DNA of 64,000 bases from Octopus sinensis. Its lineage: Eukaryota. Position 1 is the first letter of the stretch, and every line of letters starts with the position of its first letter. The DNA lies in assembly GCF_006345805.1 (NCBI RefSeq), contig NC_043015.1, positions 53,630,001 through 53,694,000 on the forward strand, read 5' to 3'. The notes beneath the pieces are model-generated. The model had not been told where the DNA came from, ran no database searches, and worked only from the letters and a program-made list of their open reading frames with translations. The position numbers were made by a program, and so were the translations under genes. Below are positions 1 to 14,520 of the stretch, one piece after another.

Positions 1-274
1 TGGTAGACGGAGACTGAAAGAAGCCCGTCGTATATATGTATATATATATGTATGTGTGTATATGTTTGTGTGCCTGTGATTGTCCCCCCAGCATCGCTTG
101 AGAACCGATGCTGGTGTGTTTACGTTCCCGTAACTTAGCGGTTCGGCATAAGAGAACGATGGAATAAGTACTAGGCTCACAAAGAATAAGTCTAGGGGTT
201 GATTCGCTCGACTACAGGCGGTGCTCCAGCATGGGTACAGTCAAATGACTGAAACAAGTAAAAGAGTAAAGAGT
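1..274 (+). mobile_element. SINE family A (tRNA-headed octopus SINE), 3' two-thirds, cut by window edge
   Basis: Matches the full copy at 52000-52390 from tggtagacgg..ctgaaagaagcccgtcg through the (TA/TG) spacer to the tail aaatgactgaaacaagtaaaagag. Confidence 0.9.
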
Positions 275-333
275 ATATATACATATATATACATCTATAT
301 ATATATGTATATGTATATGTATATGTATATATG

Positions 334-390
<57 letters not shown>

Positions 391-449
391 TATATATATA
401 TATATAGTTTGTATATTTCTCACGTATATAGGTGCATATTTAGACACGC

Positions 450-840
450 TCATATATATTTAAATGATAAAGTTTTACAGATTTTTACATTTCCAATGAT
501 GGATTGCATATGTAGTCTTCGAAGTAGCTGTCCCCTTTCTGATTTTGAGAATCTTAATTTCTAAAGATGAGTATTTAGGCACTATACATATCCCAGGGCC
601 CCAATAATTACAGGTATAAACCTGAACTTTTAATCTGGATTGAGTTACTGCAGATTCCTCAATAGTTCAGCGTAGGTTTTCTCTTTTTCACTGATCTGCA
701 TCTTTGTTAACATCCGCTCAGTTTCTCTTCTCTATCCCAAATCATAATATGAGGCCTGTTGAGCTTACATTTTATCGCGGTCTTCAATGGTACATTCCAT
801 CAGTATTCCTTTTTATTATGAGTACCTATGGCTTCTAATA
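450..840 (-). mobile_element. R4/Dong-like non-LTR retrotransposon, decayed C-terminal restriction-like endonuclease fragment
   Basis: Minus-strand translation with stops: WNVPLKTAIKCKLNRPHIMIWD..EKEKTYAELLRNLQ*LNPD*KFRFIPVIIGALGYV..LRF..LHMQSIIGNVKICKT. Homologous to 57400-57675 and 57870-58037. Confidence 0.75.
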
Positions 841-927
841 TACTGTGGGTTCTTATTTCTTTGTCCTCTGGGTTATCCTTCCGACGGATTTTATTATAGA
901 GTGTACTAGCTACATCTTATCTGATGG

Positions 928-960
<33 letters not shown>

Positions 961-1581
961 TGTATGGATGGATGGATGGATGGATGGATGGATGGATAGA
1001 TCGATCGATCGATCGATGTTCATTTCTGTTTTAAATTTATTTTAATTCTTTTTTCTGAGCAAGGAGCTGGTTTCTAAGAAAGATAAAAAAATTCCCTCCA
1101 TCTTTGGAATGTAGATAACGAAAACAATGTCACATTTTAAATGTGATAAAGGTCTTGCATATTTTACGGCTGCACATAGCGATTGCATTTGTAATGTGCA
1201 TGTTAGTTGACATGTTAGTTTCTGTAGGTAGGTAGGTACGTTGGTGGGTGGGTGGGTAGGGATGGAGGGAGGGAGTACGTAGATAAGGAGACAGGTGGTC
1301 TTCCGTTTTGTAATTAATTGAAGTATTCATGAAGTATTCAAGGAGCTGGTTTCTAAATATGATACAAAGCACCAGAGCTGGAATGTAGATCTTGAAAGCT
1401 ATGTCACACATTAAACTTGGGAAATGTCTTGCATATTTTTATTGTTGCATTTACGTAGTTGTAATGGCATTTTTGAGAAGAAAGCTTATCCAGATTTTCC
1501 CTTAAGCATTTACATATATGTATGAACGTGGGAAGGTAGGTGAGCATGCGTGAATGCAATTAGATAGATATCTGTCTAAAA

Positions 1582-1898
1582 GCACTCTGTAGGTCACGAG
1601 GACGAGGGTTCCAGTTGATACTATCAACGGAACAGCTTACTCGTGAAATTAACGTGCAGTGGCTGAGCGCTCCACTGTCACGTGTGTACTTAACGTAGTT
1701 TTCAGGGTTCTTTAGCGTGACATAAAGTGTGAAAAGGCTGGTCCCTTTGAAATACAGGTACAACTAATTTCTGCCAGTTGAATGGACTGGAGTAACGTGA
1801 AATAAATTGTCTTGCTCAAGGACATGATGCGTCGCCAGGAATTGAACTCACGACCTTAGAATCGCGAGCGGAATACCCGAACCACTAAGCCACGCGCT
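1582..1898 (-). mobile_element. SINE family C, full length, with 12-bp target-site duplication
   Basis: Reverse complement starts gcgcgtggcttagtggttcggg..gagttcaattcctgg (A/B boxes). Body matches 55307-55596. gatatctgtcta is repeated at 1567-1578 and 1904-1915. Confidence 0.9.
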
Positions 1899-2130
1899 TT
1901 AACGATATCTGTCTAGATCGACTGGTTTGAAATTAAGAACGTAGATTAAAGAAAACGAAACAGCGCAAGTAATTTTACTAACGAACATCAAATGTTGATC
2001 GTAATCTTCATTGTTTAACCATTAAGCATTTAAACCGATCGTATACCGACCATGTTTATCCCAAATATTTTACTCGTTTCTGTTTAAACCAATCAGACCT
2101 GGTCTTTTACAACTACGCAACATTGACACC

Positions 2131-2545
2131 CTTGTTCGAATGCCTGACACTGGACTCTCCAAGTGGCGGAGGGCAAGTACACGCAAGGTGGACAGAAAAG
2201 GTGCTTCAAGAATACACACAATATCCTCACTGAAGTGCTTTGAGATCAGCCCCCGACATCTGTGACACCCTAGCAGACGACTGCCCTGCATGGCGATGAT
2301 GCACCAATTGGCTAGTAGAGATGCAGTGATGTCACATCATACGAGGGGAACAGGAATACAGGAGCACCAAGAAAACGTAGAGTGCGCAAGCGCAGAACAG
2401 ACTCTCTCCCGCCAGTGGCTGACTTGCGGGAGAGACTTCCGGCCACGAATCTGATTGACTGGCTATAGACAAACACGCTGTGACCATCTTTTTCTCCCAT
2501 CTGATGTCCTTGATCAGCGTCGACAGTAACGGAGGAATTATTAAT
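2131..2545 (+). mobile_element. RTE-clade LINE, decayed 3' end
   Basis: Frameshifted translation LVRMPDTGLSK..GKYTQGGQKRCFKNT..SLKCFEISP/DICDTLADDCPAWR..CGRDFRPRI*LTGYRQT matches the RTE post-RT region and C-terminal zinc-finger-like motif. Confidence 0.8.
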
Positions 2546-2996
2546 GAACAATAACGAATGTATTGTCCATTCTAAAAATATATAATGACATCATCGAAAT
2601 CTGGAAGCTACGAGATGATGAAGGAGTGAGTCAACACAATGGGAATAAATAAACGTAAACATGAATTTTAAAGGGTTGAAGCGAACGGTTTTATCATTTC
2701 CTCCGTTAGTTTCGTGAAAAGAGGTCAAAATCGTGTTTAGATAGGTAGGTAGTTAGGTATGTATGTATGTATGTATGTATGTATGTATGTATGTATGTAT
2801 GTAGGTAGGTAGGTAGGTAGGTAAGGAGGGAGGGAGGGGATAGGTATGTAGGAGAGTTTGTAAATAAGTAGGTACGCATTAATATTTACAGAGGTAGTTA
2901 AAAAGGTATGTACGTTGATAGGAAATAGACCGGAAGTTAGGCAATTATGCGTATAATATATATATATATATACATTTACACGTATATGTATGTGTG

Positions 2997-3058
<62 letters not shown>

Positions 3059-3616
3059 ATTGTGTGTATAAGTGTATATATATATATTTACATTTACACG
3101 TACACACACCACTCATATATATGTATATATATATTTATGTTTATATACATATATATATGAATTTGTTCATAAGTGTGTGGGGGAGGCCTATGTGGGTATG
3201 TTCTCAAGTTCAGGGTAGGTGGATAGGTGGCTGGATTGGTGCATATGTACTTAGAGATGCAAGAAAATGGTAGGTTGGTAGGTATCTAGGTAGGTAGGCA
3301 GGCAAGTGAGTAGGTAGGTAAGTAGCTATGTGGGTAGGAAGTGAGATTTTTTTAGGTAATGCGTATATGCAACGAGTGTGTATCCATGTATCTATGTATC
3401 TATGTATGCGAGTATATGTACTATATATATATATATAATATATATATATATATTATATATTATATATATATATTATAGGAATGTATGTATATATCTGTTT
3501 GCTGTATTGTAGGAAATGTATGTATGCATATACCTATCTATCTGTCTCGCTATCAATTTATCTATCTATCAGTCACTCTATGTATCCCTCTCTCTCTCTC
3601 TCTCTCTCCCTCTATC

Positions 3617-3664
<48 letters not shown>

Positions 3665-3667
3665 ATG

Positions 3668-3719
<52 letters not shown>

Positions 3720-3721
3720 CG

Positions 3722-3753
<32 letters not shown>

Positions 3754-4002
3754 CTATCTATCTATTTATCTATCTGTCTGCCTGTCTATCTGCATATGAA
3801 TGGATATGTCTATATAGTAATGTAGATATGCTGTGCACAAGTGATTAGATAGGTATGTACGTACACGCATATAAATACACACACACTCACATATATAATA
3901 TAGTATATATTAATTAACTATCCTCTTACATACACATATGCTAATTTACCTCCATACTTCTTACCTACACACACACAGAGGCATATAGGGATATATATAT
4001 AT

Positions 4003-4003
<1 letters not shown>

Positions 4004-4073
<70 letters not shown>
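4004..4073. repeat. (GATA)n microsatellite
   Basis: Direct reading. Confidence 0.95.
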
Positions 4074-4074
<1 letters not shown>

Positions 4075-4794
4075 GGATTTAAGCAGACAGGCAGGAAGAA
4101 CGGTCGATGGGTGAGAGACGAATTGATCCATGCGAAGTGTTTTAGGTCTGCAAAATAGATTAGAAAGAAAGAACAGAAAATGTTATGAAAAAAAAAAAAC
4201 GTCTGTAAAAGAGTGATAAATTCTGAGGTAAGCAGAGAGGAAAAAAGAATGAAAGAATGTTATAATATCATGGTCTAATATTTAGGTAATTTGATTTGCA
4301 TTCTTAAGGTCGCTGGTTCAATTTCAGGACAGGGCACCAATTAGTGCTACCCAATGCCTCAATTTGAAATCCATCACTATATCGTTTTCTGCTGAAGATT
4401 TGACTGCTATTTCTAGGAGGTTGTATATCCAAATGAAGATTACCTCTTCGACTAGCGTCTCTAAATTTCGCTTCCTCGATTGGCATGTATCGCCTTTATA
4501 ACTAAACTGAACACAACCAAATGAAATTAACTCCAGTTACTCTGTTTAACAGTTCGTACTCCTGCCTCCTACGAGTTTAGCTTGCAGAAGGCTAGGTTTT
4601 CTGTTAATCTCCACCGTTCTCCACACATTAAGCATGGAAGGGGACTTCGTCAGTGTTGTATTGGTGTTAATATATCGAGTCCCCGGGGCTGCATGAAACG
4701 TTGAAATTAAATAATTTAATACATTACATGCTATCGCTTTAAATAGTGTAATCAATATGTTACTCCAGAGAGGAATAGTGAAAGGTGTTGAAAG

Positions 4795-4826
4795 TGTGTG
4801 TGAGAGAGAGAGAGAGAGACGGAGGC

Positions 4827-4866
<40 letters not shown>

Positions 4867-5450
4867 GGAGGCAGGGAGAGAGAGAGCGCGTGAGAATGAG
4901 AGCAAAAGTAATAGAGAGAGAGAGAGCGAGAATGAGAGCAAAAATAAGAGAGAGGGGAGAGAAAGAGAGGAGGGGAAAGAGAGAGAAAGAGGGAGACCGA
5001 CAGAGACAGAGAGACAAAGGGAAAGAGTGAGTGAGAAAGACAGAAGAAAATAGACATACAGAGAGACAAAGACAGAGAGAGAGAAAGAGATAGTAGGAGA
5101 GAGGGAGGGATAGATAGACGGAGGGAGGGAAAGAGAGAGAGAGAGGCAGACAGACAGAGGTAGAGAGATAGAGACAAGCAGAAAGTGAGAGGGAGAGGAA
5201 AGGAAGGAAAGACAGAGAGAAGTGAGAACAAGATAACCAGAGACAGAGAGAAAAAGGACAGACAGAGAGATAGAGACAAACATGGAGAGAGTGAGGGAGA
5301 GAGAGAGAAGCAGACGAATAGGATAGGTAGCGAGAAATAAGAAGACAATGAGAAAGGCAGAGGGAGAGAGTGTGTGTGTGTGTGTGAGAAGGAGGAGTTA
5401 GACAAGAAAAGGAGAGAGACAGGGAGAAGGATGGGGATCGATTTGGATAG
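4795..5450. repeat. GA-rich low-complexity tract
   Basis: (GA)n with GACA/GGGA variants; source of the SL/ER-rich ORFs. Confidence 0.95.
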
Positions 5451-5771
5451 AAAGGAACAAAGACATATCTAGGAGTTGAGGGAAATACAATTTTCAAGAA
5501 ATCTTCTGGTCTGAGAGTGAGATGTTTATTTGGAGTTGGGATTAATAGAAAAATGATAATTGCTTGTGTTAGTCTTCAAGTTCGGAAAATAGACGTCTTT
5601 TATGAGATAGGGTGCATAAAGCAACCCGAATTTTATATATTCTTTACGTACCCCCTCACACACATGCACAATGGGCTTTTTTTAGTTTTCGTCTACTACA
5701 TCACCCCACATAAGGACTGAACCTGGAACTCTGTGCTTGCCAAGCATAGAGTTTCGGATACATATATATAT

Positions 5772-6358
5772 ATATTTATTTCTTTATTGTCTATAGGGGC
5801 TAAACATAGAGAGGACAAACAAGGACAGACAAACAGATTATATCGACCCAGTGCGTAACTGGTACTTTTTAAATCGACCCGGAAAGGATGACAGGCAAAG
5901 TCGACCTCCGCGGAATTTAAAATCAGAACGTAACGGCAGATGAAATACCTATTTCTTTACTACCCACAAGGGGCTAAACACAGAGAGGATAAACAAGGAC
6001 AGACAAACGGATTAAGCCGATTATATCGACCCCAGTGCGTAACTGGTACTTATTTAATCGACCGCGAAAGGATGAAAGGCAAAGTCGACCTCGGCGGAAT
6101 TTGAACTCAGAACGTAGCGGCAGACGAAATATCTATTTCTTTATTGCCCACAAGGGGCTAAACATAGATAGGACAAACAAGTATAAACGGATTAAGTGGA
6201 TTACATTGACTACATTGACTCCATACTTAATTTATCGACCCCGAAAGGAAGAAAGGAAGAAAGGCAAAGTCGACCTCGGCGGAATTTGAACTCAGAACGC
6301 AACGTCAGACGAAATACCGCTAAGCATTTTGCAAATGATTCTGCCAGCTCTCCGCCCT
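5772..6358 (-). mobile_element. SINE family B with three tandem ~185-bp body units
   Basis: Head remnant (gattctgccagctc..gcc) at about 6340-6358, followed on the minus strand by three copies of the unit seen at 37623-38358. Confidence 0.9.
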
Positions 6359-6629
6359 ATATATATTAATATGATATAACCTCTAGCAGCAGGTGGTGGT
6401 CTCCGCTAATAAGACTAATTATCTGGAAAAAGTGACAGAAATAGTACAATGGAATTGTCATAGAGAATGGAGCGCTCGACCTTTCGGACAGTTTTTTTAT
6501 TAGGATTAAAATGGCACCAGGCATTAGTGGACCCGAGGCTATACTGGATGTACGTTCGGATTGAATCGAAACAAATGGCTGCGAATCGAAAGGCTAGCAC
6601 ATACAGCTTAGATCATATGAGGAGGCTTT

Positions 6630-7000
6630 TATGTTTTTCTGTTGCGTCTAGGGAGAGTCATTCTCTTTTGGTGCTTATAATTTAACACGCTCACCGGTAA
6701 AATTTACATTTCTTTTTTTATTTTTCTAAAATTTTCGTTGCGTCTTGCAACCTCTTCAATAATTTTGACTGTGTCCGTTAAACAAACAAAAAAGGAACAC
6801 AGTGTAAATAACGGACGGAGTCAAAACTAGTGAAAAGGTTGTCAGACGCAACGAAAATTTTAGAAAATGAAAGAAATAAGTGGAAATTTTACCGGTGAGT
6901 GTGTTTATTTATAAGGCACTAAAAGAGATTGACTCTCCCCAGACACAACAAAATATGCTTCAACACACGAACTCACATAAAGAATCTTGCAAACCAAATC
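6630..7000. mobile_element. Foldback (palindromic) element, ~140-bp arms and ~28-nt loop, plus 3' extension
   Basis: 6640-6780 is the reverse complement of 6808-6950 (gggagagtca..ctcaccggtaaaattt..tccgtta / taacgga..aaattttaccggtgag..tgactctccc). A second copy lies at 14316-14520. Confidence 0.8.
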
Positions 7001-7760
7001 CAAAAATGAATATAAATTTATAATAGTTTTATAAATACTTAAATTGGAGTTATACAACTCTTAATGTTCATATCCATAATATGGCGGTTTTTATGCACAA
7101 GATTGTCGCTTTCAGGACACGAGTTGCAAGTAGCTGCCTTCCAATGGCACTTGGGCAGAGCTATAATCAAAGTGTTCTCAATGAGTCTATTCTTATTTCA
7201 GCCATAGTCATACACGAGAAAAAAACTCTAGTATTTGTCCTTATATCTTAAACGATGTGATTTTTTGTTTACTCCATTTTTGGCTATATCTAAGTATGTC
7301 GAGCGGCTGTGTGTAAATACCTTTTCCAGTCGCTGCAAATCGTAGTTCATTCTGTGAATGATGTGATAATTTGTTGAAGTAATTTCCTGTTATTTTCTCG
7401 CAGGTTTGGACGACAGTGTATAAAGGCTTTTGGCCGCTAGTTGCCGCTAGAAGTAGTACATCTCTGTATCCTTTTCCCGAATCCTTAACTAATACTTCGC
7501 TCTGAACATCCTACAAGACTCTCTCGTACAAAATTGCCGACCCTAAGAAAACCACAGCTGCCTTTTCATTGTAAACGATCCCTGGATATATACAACAACA
7601 GATTTTCAAGTAGTGAGCGTTTGTGAGGGTTATATTTTAGTACATATTGTTATCCTAAAATACAAAACTGGATTTACTGTAATAATTAATTAGGTCGAAT
7701 GATTAAAGGATTCTGCTTGGTGTAAGTGCGATCTACAGACTTGATTTATTTTCTCTGTCC

Positions 7761-7795
<35 letters not shown>

Positions 7796-7904
7796 GCTCT
7801 GTATCCTGAGAATTGAAGCCGATAATTTGTGAGTTGCTGGTAATCCTCACCGCCATAATTACGTACACCAATAACACCTGCTTTGTTACCGCTAACGTTG
7901 TTAT

Positions 7905-8690
7905 CGTAATGAGGATGGTCATCATCATCTGTCTCCTCCTCCTCCTCCTCCTCCTCCACTTCTTTTTCTTCTTCATTTTCTTCATTATCGTCGTCACCAT
8001 CATCATCATCATCACCAACCTCATCATCCTCATCATCGTCGTCGACCTCCTCCTTCTCCTCCTTCTCCCTCCTCTTCTCCATCATCATCATCGTCCTCGT
8101 TCTCAGTATCGGCATCATCATCATCGCCATCTTAGCAGCAACCCCAACAGCGTTACAACTAGCATTACCATCATCGACGGGGCGCCGCCAGTACAATCAC
8201 CAGCATCACCACTACCACATCAACACCACACCATTACAACACGGTGACGACGACGACCACCACCACGATAACCAGACCACCTCTAACACAACTACAACCG
8301 TAACCACCACCAGTACTGCCATCATCATCATCATCATCATCACTACTACCAGTATAACCACTCCCAATTCCGCCACAACCAGGAATCTCACCACCACCAA
8401 CAGCAGCAGCTGCAGCACCACCACCAGACCACCTCTAACACAACGACAACCATAACCACCACCACCACCACCACCAACAACAACAAAAACAACAACAACA
8501 ACAATAACGACAACACACCAACACCACCATCACCATCACAATCCTAATTTCCCGCTTCGTTATTATCATCTCCACTAATCACTTCCTCCATCATAATCAT
8601 CATCATCATCGTCATGGTCATCAGTTGTCGTCGTCGTCATCACCATCATCATCAACATCACCATCATCTACACCATCGTCATCATCTTCC
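7905..8690. repeat. Compound CAT/CAC/CAA/CTC trinucleotide low-complexity tract
   Basis: Direct reading; gives homopolymer-rich ORFs on both strands. Confidence 0.9.
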
Positions 8691-9759
8691 CGTCATTATA
8701 AACGTACAAATATTAAGCAATACTGTGCTGTTAGTCGATTTCAAGCAGTGTCCACTCCCCCTCTCTCTCTCTCTCTCTTTCTCTCTCCCTCTCTATCGGG
8801 TGGTGATAACATATGTATGCATGTATGTATGTATGTATGTATGTATGTATGTATGTATGTATGTATGTATGTATGTATGTGTGTGTGTGTTGTTATTATG
8901 TGTTAACACGAGGAAAATTCATCCTGCTCAACTGTTGAATTTCCAAAACTACCGATTATGTTTTATTGCAATGTTACTGCAATACATTACCTGATAACAT
9001 ATGTAATAACTATTATAAGTAGAAACATATGTATACAGATACAGCAGAATATGTGAAACAGACGGTAGGAGGAAGGAGGTGAGCTTCACTGCCACCACCA
9101 CCAGCGCTAACAGCCACAACACTGCCCCTCCACATGTGATTTATGGGAGAATTTTCAAGGAGAGAAATGGCATTGTTATTACAGACTTTAATTGCTTACA
9201 TAAAACGTATGTAGTTTTGGTACTCTTGAAATTGAAGGAATCAATTGTCTGTTAGTTGGCCGGTATGTCTTCGTGTCTGCCTGTCTGTCTGTGTGTCTAT
9301 CTTGGAATTTGGAACGTCTTGTAATGTCTCGGAATTTTGACTGAATGTTTCGAAAATCTTAGCACTGGATTCTACTACGATTTGTGTTGCTATTACAATA
9401 GACTCTTTGACACTACGAAGCCATTTTCCAGCGAATATCTCACCAGACATCGAAATGATACTTTTAATAAATAAATGAACTCTTCATACATCGAAAACGA
9501 TGTATGACCGTTCACCTTTTCTGCCGAACGGCCAGCACAAGTGATTTGTTTGTAGTGATCAAATGTATGTGCAGTATATTAGCTTAATCTCTCCATCAAA
9601 TCGACGCCGTCTGAATAGGTGCACCGTGTGCCGCGCGTCAGGTGTCACAGAGCAACAAGAGAAGAAGTTATGCAAACGAACACAACCAGCCGGTCTAGGG
9701 ACAGAAATCGCTATCTTTAGATCGGGAGTGCAACACTCTAACAAAAAGTAATAAAAATC

Positions 9760-9761
<2 letters not shown>

Positions 9762-9796
<35 letters not shown>

Positions 9797-9822
9797 TATA
9801 ATAATAATAAAATAATAATAAT

Positions 9823-9876
<54 letters not shown>
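9762..9876. repeat. (TAA)n microsatellite
   Basis: Direct reading. Confidence 0.95.
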
Positions 9877-9878
<2 letters not shown>

Positions 9879-10375
9879 ATCTTTATAATTAGGGAAACCA
9901 AAATCCCAAACGAAGTTAAAAACCAGAAAAAAAGTGCAGAAGTTATCTGACTGGTAGTAGGCGCTGCATGGGAAATCCCCAAAGATAGTTGCAGCAAATA
10001 GTAATAGTGAGACATGGTTATGGTTACAGAAAGGAAGGCTCAAAAGGGAGACAGAAAGTTTGTTAGTAGCGGTACAAGATCAAGCATTAAGGATTAATTG
10101 GATAAAAGCCAAGATAGACAAAAACCAACTAGATTCCCCAATGTAGGCTCTGCAAATCAGAAAGAATACAAGAAAAGACATGACAACCTAGGGGGAGTAA
10201 TCCACTGGGAGTTAAGTAGAAAGCTAGGATTTGAACATACTGATAAATGTATGAACACGAACCTAGTAAAGTACTAGAAAGTAAGAAATATTAGACGTTG
10301 TGGGAATTTAACATTCAGACTGACAGTCTAATGGAGGCTAGAAGGCCTGATTTAGTAGCAGTAGATGAAGAGAAT
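9877..10375 (+). mobile_element. R4/Dong-like non-LTR retrotransposon fragment (post-RT, zinc knuckle, start of RLE)
   Basis: LHGK..WLWLQKGRLKRETESLLVAVQDQALRINWIKAKID..CRLCK..KEYKKRHDNLGGVIHWELSRKLGFEH..YEHEPSKVLE..LWEFNIQTDSLMEARRPDLVAVD, with frameshifts. Confidence 0.85.
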
Positions 10376-10479
10376 ATAATTGTTTCTTTTCCGATAGTCG
10401 AAACTGTTGTGTATATATGGTTAATAATAACTATTCAAATTTTCGCCACAAGGGTAGCTTGGGGGAAGTGGGGATGTTC

Positions 10480-10590
10480 AACTGGTAATTATTTTATCGA
10501 TATCGAAAATTTTTACTTAGAATGGAACGACTGCCGAAATACTGTTCAGCTTTTTTCCAGCGAGCTAACGATTCTGAAAGCTCGCCGGCT
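10480..10590 (-). mobile_element. SINE family B, degenerate partial
   Basis: aactggtaatt..ttatcga..gaaatact..gctaacgattctg..agctcgcc. Confidence 0.65.
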
Positions 10591-10596
10591 TTATAT

Positions 10597-11294
<698 letters not shown>

Positions 11295-11307
11295 TAATAA
11301 TAATAAT

Positions 11308-11348
<41 letters not shown>

Positions 11349-11359
11349 GTATCAATGAT

Positions 11360-11581
11360 AAACCTTTCTTTTTGTACACAGGCACAATGCCCAAAATTTG
11401 TGGGGAGGGTGTCTGACGATTAGGTCGGCCTCAGTACGCACTGGTACTTAATTTATCGACTCCAGAAAGGCTGAAAGGTAAAGTCGACCTCGGTCGAATT
11501 TGAAATCAGAATGCTAAAACAGACCAAATACTGTTCAGCTTCTCGTCCGGTGAGCTAACATTTCTACCAGCTAACCGCCTT
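11360..11581 (-). mobile_element. SINE family B (B2-type tail)
   Basis: ggcacaatgcccaaaatttg..ctggtacttaatttatcgac..aaagtcgacctcgg..gaatttgaaatcagaa..ccagctaaccgcc. Confidence 0.8.
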
Positions 11582-11639
11582 TGTATGAAAAGTATAATAA
11601 TAATAATAATAATAATACTTTCTTTCCAAGCACGGCTGT

Positions 11640-11782
11640 GAAGAGCGTCAGTGAGCTAGAACGCTAAAACTTAGTGCGAATGCACTGCAGACTTCAAGGT
11701 GAATTTTTTTTAGCGGCTCTAGTCTGCGCGTTTTAACTTCGTTACTATGGCAACAGTCCAAATACTTCTTGATTAGACCTCG
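11640..11782 (-). mobile_element. Tc1/mariner-type terminus fragment
   Basis: Ends aatacttcttgattagacctcg|TA; the reverse complement TA-cgaggtctaatcaagaagta is a mariner-like TIR. No partner TIR found. Confidence 0.45.
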
Positions 11783-11820
<38 letters not shown>

Positions 11821-11845
11821 ATATATATATTACACACACACACAC

Positions 11846-11883
<38 letters not shown>

Positions 11884-11906
11884 TCACACATATATATATA
11901 TATATA

Positions 11907-11940
<34 letters not shown>

Positions 11941-11949
11941 TTTATCTTT

Positions 11950-12150
11950 TTTCCTCTACTTGTTTCAGTCATTCGACTGCGGCCATGCTGAAGCACCGTC
12001 TTTAGGCGATCAAATCGACCCCAGTTCTTATTTTTTGTAAGCCTAGTTCTTATTCTATTTGTCTCTTTTGCTGAACCGCTATGATACGGGCACGTAAACA
12101 CACCAGCATGGTTGCCAAGCAATTGTGGGGGATAAACACAGACACAAATA
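11950..12150 (-). mobile_element. SINE family A, 3' half
   Basis: tacttgtttcagtcattcgactgcggccatgctg..gtaagcctag..aaccgcta..taaacacaccagcat. Confidence 0.85.
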
Positions 12151-12220
12151 CACACACGCATACATACATGCATACATGCATACACACACACACACACACA
12201 CCACACACAAACACACACAA

Positions 12221-12336
<116 letters not shown>

Positions 12337-12774
12337 GTACCATATATATATACTGACCTGGTCGCCTTGTCGGCGGAATAGCGTCATTCGAGTGACAAAA
12401 TGATTCATCGTGTAAAATAAACGTATTACAACTAACCTAAATTCTGATTATACGTAAACACTGCTTGCGCCATTACTTCGTTATTTATTTCGATTTGACG
12501 ATCTACTAGCGCAAATCAGTCAGCATGTTGACTGAATTGCATATAAAGCTACAAGCTTTATTCAGGTCGCCTCTCTTTGGTACATCCCATCGAGAAGAGT
12601 CAATAAACACAACTCGAAACATTGATGTCTGAGATTCCGGAGAGACGGCGACACAGAACGCACTAGGTGTTTTCGCACCTTTATTTATTTTTTTTTTTAC
12701 CAGAAGAGTGATATTTTTTCTCCCTTGAGCAGCTGAAATATGTGAGAAGCATATTTCAACTAACCTAAATTGTG

Positions 12775-13148
<374 letters not shown>

Positions 13149-13479
13149 ATACTCAAATAAATAAGTGATAGTGCAACTGCACGGATTTCAATGATTGATG
13201 TTTTGTGTAGTATCATAGATCTTCATAAAAAAATAACAGTAGTAACAGCGACGATAACAACAACAACAGCAACAGCAACAAGAATGTATTTCCTTGCTGG
13301 TGTTGTTTAGAAACAGTATTGAAAGAAGCATCTACCATTATTTGTGACACAAGATGAGGTGAAGTCGTAGAAAATACCTGCTAAACAGTGATAAAGTAGA
13401 ACTTTTAAGGCCTCCATTGCAGTTGTTTCTTTGGCGTTCGACAATCTCTGAATGGGATATAGATTCATATACATACATG

Positions 13480-14520
<1,041 letters not shown>

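Noticed and set aside
4546-5497. 217-245-aa SL-rich ORFs
   Set aside because: Translations of the GA/CT low-complexity tract.
7402-7505. Splice-acceptor-like ttattttctcgcag followed by a short open frame
   Set aside because: The frame ends in a stop after about 33 codons with no recognisable product or partner exons.
7690-8994. Poly-E/D/H/M/T ORFs
   Set aside because: Trinucleotide microsatellite read-through on both strands.
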